DNA of 58,252 bases, counting the filler, from Sphacelaria rigidula (lineage: Eukaryota): NCBI GenBank assembly GCA_964200075.2. It is 9 parts of 9 records of this genome, joined end to end, with 100 filler letters (N's around TTAATTAATTAA, not from the genome) between each part and the next. Parts side by side here need not be neighbours in the genome. Positions count along the whole stretch, not along the records: positions 45,387 to 51,769 come from CAXNAA020020422.1; positions 51,870 to 58,252 come from CAXNAA020020423.1; 7 more parts are not named here. One strand, 5' to 3'. Made by a program: the position numbers and the translations under genes. Positions 51,258-58,252 of this stretch are shown here, piece after piece. Position 1 is the first letter of the stretch. The number at the start of each line of letters is the position of its first letter. The notes under the pieces were generated by a model that saw only the letters and a program-made list of their open reading frames with translations, was not told the DNA's origin and searched no databases.

Positions 51258-54200
51258 AGCTGTAGCTGTAACCGACTACCTGCGAACCTCTGCAGGCTAG
51301 CGGACCTTCGCGAATGGCACTTTCCTTACTTCGTCGCCGCACCACACAGTCGTAGGAGCCTCCAAACTCCCGCTGCAAGCAGCTTCAGCAAGTCTTCAGT
51401 CTACATCAATCACAAGCCAGCCGCCTTTCTGCAGCTGCCTCAGCTGGAACTCTCTCCACGCGGCCGTGGTGTATCAGGTTTCCACAGCTCCCAGACTCCT
51501 ACCGAAATCCTTTCCAGCAGGTTTCTAGCACCAACACTAGCATTAGCACTAATACCGATATTGTGACGCCAGCCAGTGGAAGAACTGCTGGATCACTGCT
51601 CCGGTCTTACTTGCCTCAGTTTCAGTTGTCAGCCTTTACTAAGTTTTCATTTTTCAGGAGTGCCCTTCCAGGGCACCAGCTTTCTAGACCTGCAGATACC
51701 ATTCGAACAACAAATTGTGCGAATTGAGGTTTAACTCCGAGATGAGGTTCAAGTCTAAAACATTGCTTTNNNNNNNNNNNNNNNNNNNNNNNNNNNNNNN
51801 NNNNNNNNNNNNNTTAATTAATTAANNNNNNNNNNNNNNNNNNNNNNNNNNNNNNNNNNNNNNNNNNNNGTGGATACATACGAAGATTTTAATCCTCCGG
51901 GTTCTCATCCTCAATCAAAAGCACCATCCTCAACATAGATGATTGGCTGTTCATAGCGTCGTCGGCAACTCCATTGGCGATATACGATCTTTCCCCCATA
52001 ACGGACTTTACTTATGGGACAGAGGAAGTATCGGGATAGTTTTGCATTCTGCATCTAGTGTGGAGTTAATTTTGGGCATTCACCCTAAATCGGGCTGCAT
52101 GGCCCCCAATATCTCGACAAGATCAAGGGAGCTCAAATCGGGATTTTCGATTTTCGCGCGATTTCCCCCAATCTGCGCTTCAGATCGGGGGGAAGTTGAG
52201 CCCCCCCCAATCTGTAGGAAGGTGACGTGCATACATGGAAAAAATGATCCTCATCAGTGTACAGAACTATTTCAACAAATGTGTGAACCGATTATGGGGA
52301 TCCTGCAATTATCTGTTTCGAAAATTTTAAGTCACCTCGATTTGGTACAGGTTGAGTTCTCTACAGATCCGGGATTTGTCTCCATAATCAATGGTCTGTG
52401 TGTTGTGCGTGTGTAGTCGTCCCATCTATTCTGGGCGCCAGTCTATCCTTTTCGGGATATGTGGGCGCATCAGCCGGGGTCACACAGNNNNNNNNNNGTT
52501 TTTAGTGCCCCACCTTCCTTCTGCGGTGCTTGCCTTTTATTTTTTATCGCGAGAGGGGTTCAGCAATGAATGGTCTCAACCGAGGATTCTGACTACAAAT
52601 AGTGACAACAAACTACTGTTTTGTACGGGAATGAAGGGAGTAGGTCGGAATTGTTCCATACAAACGCGGAGTTTTATACAAACTGCGGATGAAGAATGTA
52701 TTTGTTGCATTTCATATTCCGAAAATATTTCGGTGCTTCTGAAGGTTCCCAATGTTCAACAAAAAATTGTCCGCAATTAATTAATAAAATTCCGTGTTCT
52801 TAGCGGTCTTGAGAACAAAAACCCGGCTGGGTCAGCTTCTTCAGTTGTCCATGCGGTCAGTATGATACCATGCATGCGTGCAACCATTGGGTAGGTGTTA
52901 TTGCGGCGGGCATTTGCTGATTACGGAGTACAGTATTACACTCGTCGTGAATTTTGGATCGAAAGCGTGAATCAATATATTATACACAACAAGTATCTTC
53001 CGTCTGTGACTCCAGCCATTGTCACTCTTCATGATAAATTCCAAGAACTGGTTTCTGAAACCATCAATCATGTCGATATGCTGTATGGCCATTTCTTCGT
53101 GACAGTTTGTTTGGCCTTGTGGGGGAAGGGGCTATCGGGGCATCACTTAATCTTCAAACGAGTATCGGATAGTCCTACGTACAAGTAATGTTGGAACATT
53201 GGCTTTTCGCTTGTTGTATACAAATATGCGCATGTATTGGAGATATCCTTCGCTGGTTGGTGCGCTGCACCGGGTGGAATAGCACCAGAGTTCGTAGAGG
53301 GCATAGATTTGAGAATGCACTGTAGCTGCATATCAGCATCTTTGTGATATTGTACCAGGTCCACTTCTTTCACTCCGTCGCGTCTTGTTTTTGGGGTGGT
53401 GGTATATAACGTGACACTGAGGTCTCCGCACCAATATTTGGATCATGACCGTATGTCAGGACGTCTAAGACGGAACAGTGGAGGAACGCCTCATCAACCA
53501 TAGTTCTCAGCTTTTGGTCCACCCTGGCCCGACAAGGTGCCGCGCAGACATTTACGGTACGGTAGTCAGTACGGTAGCGTACGGTGAGACACAGTGCGGT
53601 GTTGTGCCGTGTAGTGCGGTGCGTGAACATCGTACGTAACTAGTATGGTTCTGTCAGATCCATCGCTATTACTGCAGCACCAGCTGCCTCCAAAACAGCG
53701 GGTGCCCACCGCCGGTGCAGCGGTAAAAGAACGAGAAGGTGCAATGGAGACGGAGCGGCAAATAATGTATGCGCCATCCCAACAGTGAGTATAACGGTCG
53801 GGTTATGTTTACTTACCGGGCCTCTGGGTGCGCAGTTCTAGCAGGAGTTCAATGGTAGAGCTGGTAAATGACAGTGCTTCCCAGTTTGCGTCCATGTGTG
53901 TGCGGTTGGACGCTGGAGCGCAGGGCAAAAATTCAAGTCGTGACGCAAGCAGTCTTTCGTGTGGGCAATTCTGGCGGTTTATGTGGATGCACTTTTCAAA
54001 CAAGTCGCGCAGTATGCATTCACTGCTACTGTACCGTACTCTACTCACTTGCAATGTACTAGTCTACTGTTGTAGCGCGCGCCACTGCGTTGTAGTGACT
54101 CTACTGAACCTCGCAGTTGGGCGTTGGGGTGATAGCGATGTAGTCACGATGGATGCAGACGACGCAAAGCTGTGCTACGCAAGCCCTCTCCATTCGATCA

Positions 54201-55044
54201 CTATGATCCCGCCCAGATGGGCTTGCCCCACTTCGGCGCAAATAAGTCATGGTTGAATGTAAATACTTGGTTTTAGTCCGTATCATATATTCGAATCTTC
54301 ACGGGGCACACCGTCCCCCACCCGACCAACCGCTAGCCCGCCGCGAGCGTATCACGCTCAGCACGCCCTTTGCCTGCATCTCCCACGCCCATGGGTTCTC
54401 GGTCTGCCTTGGGTTAGGGTTCGGGTTAGGGGTCGTGTAAGGGGTCGCGTTAGGGTTTGACGGGATCGAATAACGTCTCAACCATGGCAACTGGGTAAAT
54501 CCTCTCCCCTCCTAGTCCGTAGCCAAATCCATGTTTGAAAAAAACATACGCAGTGTCCGATCGCCACACTCGGATCGGTACGTGCTGTCAGTCCCATGTG
54601 CCCGTCAGCGTCCACCGATGTGAGCTCCGCCGAAAGACACGATTCCCAGGGAACCCTGTTCCTCGCCACTTGACCTACTCATAGGGTCCTCCGTATGCCT
54701 TGGGTCGTGATCGGGGTTGGACAAATCTCTCCGCACACATCTTCCACGACAGTAAAGATGAAACATGTCCGATGCACGGCATCTCCAAAAAAATAATTCT
54801 GTATGCATCCAAAACCTCCCTCGTCTACAAACAGTACAGCTTAGCGATTTATGTGTTCCTGTATTTCCATGGACTGCATGACTGACTGACTGACTTGGCA
54901 GGCTTTTACGCGATCAACCTAACCAAACTACGAGGCAACACTCACGCCACGTCACTCCACCAACTCCCAATACCGCCAGAAGCTATACGGTACAACCACA
55001 AGAACACAAGCAACAGCCACGACAAGGGAACGGCAGCGAACAAA

Positions 55045-57308
55045 ATGGCTCCGCCAAGGACTCCGTCCCGCAGCCTCTCCCTCCCACAACTACCACGGCG
55101 CGACCCCGGAAAAGCAAAGGCAAGAGGCCCCTCGCCCAGTTGGATGCAAGAGAAACATTTGACACAAAGGTCGAGATGGCGGCGGTATGGCCTGGCACTC
55201 GCGGCGATGGCGGCGGGGCTAGTATCCAGAGTGATACTAATAGCAGGTGCGGTTTCAATAAGCGTTGATCCTTTCATGTATGACAACTTGTTCTGGTGAT
55301 TGAGGAGGGATGGCGATCACCTATCCGAGCCTTCAGAGGCTGACTCTTTCCGTCTTCCGGTTCAAACGCGTTTGGACATCTCTTGTGGGAATTGGATTTG
55401 TTTTGGTTGGATTTTTCAGCTTTGGGATGGTTGACACAGTTTGGGGGGGACCCTAACATGGATTGTCACCACTACGTGTCTTGGACACTTCGCCCCACCT
55501 CACTGACAAGGGTCTGCCCCACTTTTCCGATTCGCTCGGCCTCGAGGTTTCGAGAACGGCCTCTGAACAGAAATCGGACTGTGCGTGTGGTCACCAGTCG
55601 ACACCTTTCCGTACATGCAATCGCATCAGCCGGGGGCACACAGGAGGAGCGTCAACGCAGCAGTTATTCTTTGCTTCAGTATTCTGCCGTCCTTCCGCGG
55701 TGCTCATCTCTCTTTTTATCGCGACAAAATTTTAACGATCCCTTTCCCTCGTCAACCGTGATATCATATTTCTTCCATCCACGACGTACGAGTAGTCGCT
55801 CTCGGCTGTTGAGATCTGTTGAGAATGTCGTGTGAGGGAAAATCCCAGATGGTGTCACTTCACCGAGATTCGAATCCACGTCCCAACCGTCAGAAGGCGT
55901 CGGGGTCACGAATTGAGCCACCGGAGCGACAGGTCCAACTAGACACGATGAAATGCAATGTCTGCGGTGATATTTTCAATCTTTCCGCATCGTTCTCACA
56001 TTTTTCATGGCCAGTGGTGAGGCTCTACATGCCTATATTGCACGCCCATGATGCTGTGTCGTCTATTGCATCGTGCATACTATGCAAGCACCGTCTTCAT
56101 TGTTCGCGCAGATGGTACTCAGCTCGATGTGCGGCTACCGAAATCCCTTCCGGTTTTTTCCTTCTCCTTTTCAACACTACTACTGAACATGTCTCTGCGC
56201 TACCCCCCGTACAGATATAGAAAGACACATACCTCGACTTGTACGGAATTCTTGTGCAAAAATGTATATATGCTCATTTTTTCTGCCTCGTTTGGGCAGG
56301 CGGGACGAGCAATTGCGGCGTCACGCGGCCAGAACCAGGAGAATGGAAGCGGTGAAAAGCGTGTGTTTCGAACGACAGAATTTGCTGCAGGAGACGAAGA
56401 TTTGCGTGCTGTCAAGTCCGACTCCGGGTGCAATCGAGGTGCTGGCGAAACTCGGCGGCGGGGCAGCAGTGCAGGCTGCACCATATCTGGCCTCTGCAGG
56501 TGGCGCGCTCTTATACGAGTCGTTCATTCGTGGCGTCGGGAACTAGGGCGTGTTTCGGAGGAGATATTTTTTTCTTGACCCCGCCTCTGCCGCCACCGCC
56601 TCTCTTGGTCCCCGTGCTCTTTTATCCTCTGGACTGTCTGCGATATAAACCCACGGCAGATCTTCGACCAATCATATATTTTCGTCGATTGATCGTTGTC
56701 CACCATCAGAATAAATCTGAGGGCTCCATCTCCCGTTTTGTATTTGTGCCATAAACCGCATGCAGGTCTGCTAGCGTGCATGGCCGCGCTGATGGCGACT
56801 GTCATTGTTACCGCGCCGTTCTTCGAATCCCCGCCGACGGCGGCCTCGGGTGCCGTGAGCTATGCCTTGACTTTGATGTGGTGGGAGCCCGGAGCCGGGG
56901 CGCTTTGGTTGTCTGTGTTGGCGTTGACTGTGTGGCTCGCCACGGAAACTGAAGAGCGTAAAGAGTGCGCTTGCCGTCTTGAAAGGTTGGTGGCTCTTTC
57001 TTTTCTGGGGCGAGGGTACTCATGATCTTGCATGCCGTAGTCCGTAGTCATGAGACCATTGACCTCACATCCCTGCAATATCGGGACGGAGCACGCCGGG
57101 TTTTCGCAGGACCAGGCTTGCGATCACCAAGGGGGAGGGGGGGGGTACTCATTCGTTGCTTGCCTTAGTCGTTTAACCATTGGCCACGCATCCCTTTCGA
57201 GACAGGGCACCCTTGGGGGTGGGAGAGAGGTAATCGTGTTGGGCGGCAACTTGCCCCAAGAATATCATCACGGCCCACCACTGATTGCTCTCGCGTCACC
57301 CCCCGATA

Positions 57309-57355
<47 letters not shown>

Positions 57356-57889
57356 CATTATCATAATTATGTATTATCTATTATTATTTATTATTATTTA
57401 GTGTTTATTATTTATTATTTATTATTTATTATTTATCATGTTCGTCACATTAGCTCAACCTCTCGAACCCGTGGTCACAGAGTGCAAGGAGCATACCACC
57501 CATACCCATATATCAAACAGCCCGCAGAGGAAGGCAAGAAACAAAACATCTACACGAAAAAGGGCACCTACACTACGACTTATGTAGTTGATATATTTCC
57601 CACCCCGCTCTATCCCCTGTCTCCAAAACGGTGGTCGCGCCATTGGCAGGTGGGTATCGTTCGCTGTGCCGTTAGGCGTGCTAGCAGCGCTTTGTCTTCA
57701 CTGCAAAGGCCGAGTATGGGCCTTCTCGTCCCCGAAGAGGCGCGTTGGTATGAAGAAGGGTGCGAAAGTTTTAGCGAAATTACGTGCGACGGCCGCCGAC
57801 AGTGAGCGAGGTGACGGGGATGGAGATGGCGGCAATCGAACGAAGATGGATGATTTGGTCGCTCGAGACAGTGTCATTGCGTTGCCGTG
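55045..57889 (+). CDS. Four-exon predicted membrane protein, 3'-incomplete: exons 55045-55184 (or -55169), 56300-56499, 56766-56985 and 57650-57889
   Basis: CAG/GT boundaries have matching phases (2,1,2,2) and give an open joined frame: MAPPRTPSRS...RDEQLRRHAARTRR...GLLACMAALMATVIVTAPFF...GALWLSVLALTVWLA...WVSFAVPLGVLAALC...VIALP. It has 3-4 hydrophobic segments; family not recognised. Confidence 0.75.
55665..55930 (-). mobile_element. tRNA-derived SINE in intron 1
   Basis: Minus strand reads GTCGCTCCGGTGGCTCAATTCG (box A) then GGATTCGAATCTC (box B). The body motif GCGGTGCT...TTTTTATCGCGA recurs at ~52522-52553. Confidence 0.75.
57015..57211 (-). repeat. Complete A+B module pair, intronic
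   Basis: On the + strand, rc(B) at 57015-57120, then poly-G, then rc(A) at 57131-57211. Confidence 0.9.
57306..57436. repeat. (ATT)n/(ATTT) microsatellite forming the tail of the adjacent non-LTR 3' motif
   Basis: Directly visible and abuts the 57440-57485 tail motif. Confidence 0.9.
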
Positions 57890-58252
57890 GTAAGTTTTTT
57901 TTTTTTTCATGTTGTGAATATTACCGCTACCACTAGCAACTCGAGCTAACGAATTAGAGCGCTGTACCGCTATAGGTCGAGCAAACAGGAACAAATATAA
58001 ACGTCGTGTGTGTATATATACGAGTGGTATTTATTTCGTGATTAGTTATGTTTTATTACTACCGCCATGGCATTTCCAGACGAATATACCTCCGGCAAGC
58101 TGGTCGCCCGCTTTCCCTACCGCTCTTGACCCCATGGGCAGCATTCCGACAACGTCCTGTCATTCCCCCCCCCCCCCCCCCCCCTAATCGTGGGTTGTTG
58201 TTTTATTGATGCACCCATGAGGCCGTGTGGGCCGAGGTGGTGCTTCTTGTGG

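Larger units (their letters stand above)
46614..51769 (-). mobile_element. Decayed Ty3/Gypsy chromovirus-type LTR retrotransposon
   Basis: Domain order is gag, zinc knuckle, protease, RT, RNase H, integrase, chromodomain. The LTR end motif TGTGACG.CA.CCAGTGGAAGAACTGCTG (+ strand) is repeated at 46614 and 51562. A degenerate tRNA-Met PBS-like CGGTATTAGTGC follows the 5' LTR. Confidence 0.92.

Noticed and set aside
6385..51869. Regular ~6.48-kb periodicity of TTAATTAATTAA
   Set aside because: This is an artificial linker between length-sorted contigs, not a biological array.
53809..54054. hAT dimerisation-domain-like peptide (FLPCAPAS...STIELLLELR)
   Set aside because: The hallmark ERxFS motif is missing and no upstream transposase is visible.
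54410..54457. Chromosome end
   Set aside because: Only a few degenerate internal TTAGGG units are present, with ordinary sequence on both sides.
55855..55930. Functional tRNA gene
   Set aside because: Box A/B are present, but I could not form a convincing cloverleaf and the sequence continues into a repeated SINE body.
57050..57805. 251-aa poly-Tyr ORF and other poly-Q/L/A/C ORFs (474-689, 2758-3133, 26846-27817, 29073-29646)
   Set aside because: These frames are kept open by microsatellites and repeats, and this one lies largely in an intron.

Overview
This window is not one locus. It is nine unrelated contigs of 6,384 or 6,383 bp (1-6384, 6485-12868, 12969-19352, 19453-25836, 25937-32320, 32421-38803, 38904-45286, 45387-51769, 51870-58252) joined by artificial 100-bp N44-TTAATTAATTAA-N44 linkers, so nothing can be inferred from adjacency across linkers. 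The DNA is eukaryotic, repeat-rich and contains spliced genes. Its interstitial TTAGGG repeats, tRNA-derived SINEs, chromodomain Ty3/Gypsy element and gene style suggest a brown alga or related stramenopile (inference). Supported genes are one intronless MDR-family NADPH:quinone oxidoreductase-like CDS (36167-37210), a four-exon predicted membrane protein (55045-57889) and exons of an IQ-motif protein on the minus strand (41352-42191). Most remaining DNA is mobile-element derived: a decayed chromovirus with two nested TIR elements, many MITEs (hAT-, piggyBac-, Tourist- and TA-type), SINEs and two multi-kb foldback structures. No CRISPR array, rRNA or intact transposase was seen. I cannot demonstrate a new biological system. 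The best unexplained candidate is a bipartite ~80-bp A/B motif ending in GAGTAC plus poly-C, found nine times in five of the nine contigs. Next are a ~5.5-kb diverged palindrome with a telomeric repeat at a deletion junction and a ~2.55-kb foldback carrying CAG/CTG hairpin units. All alignments were done by eye, so boundaries and identities are approximate.
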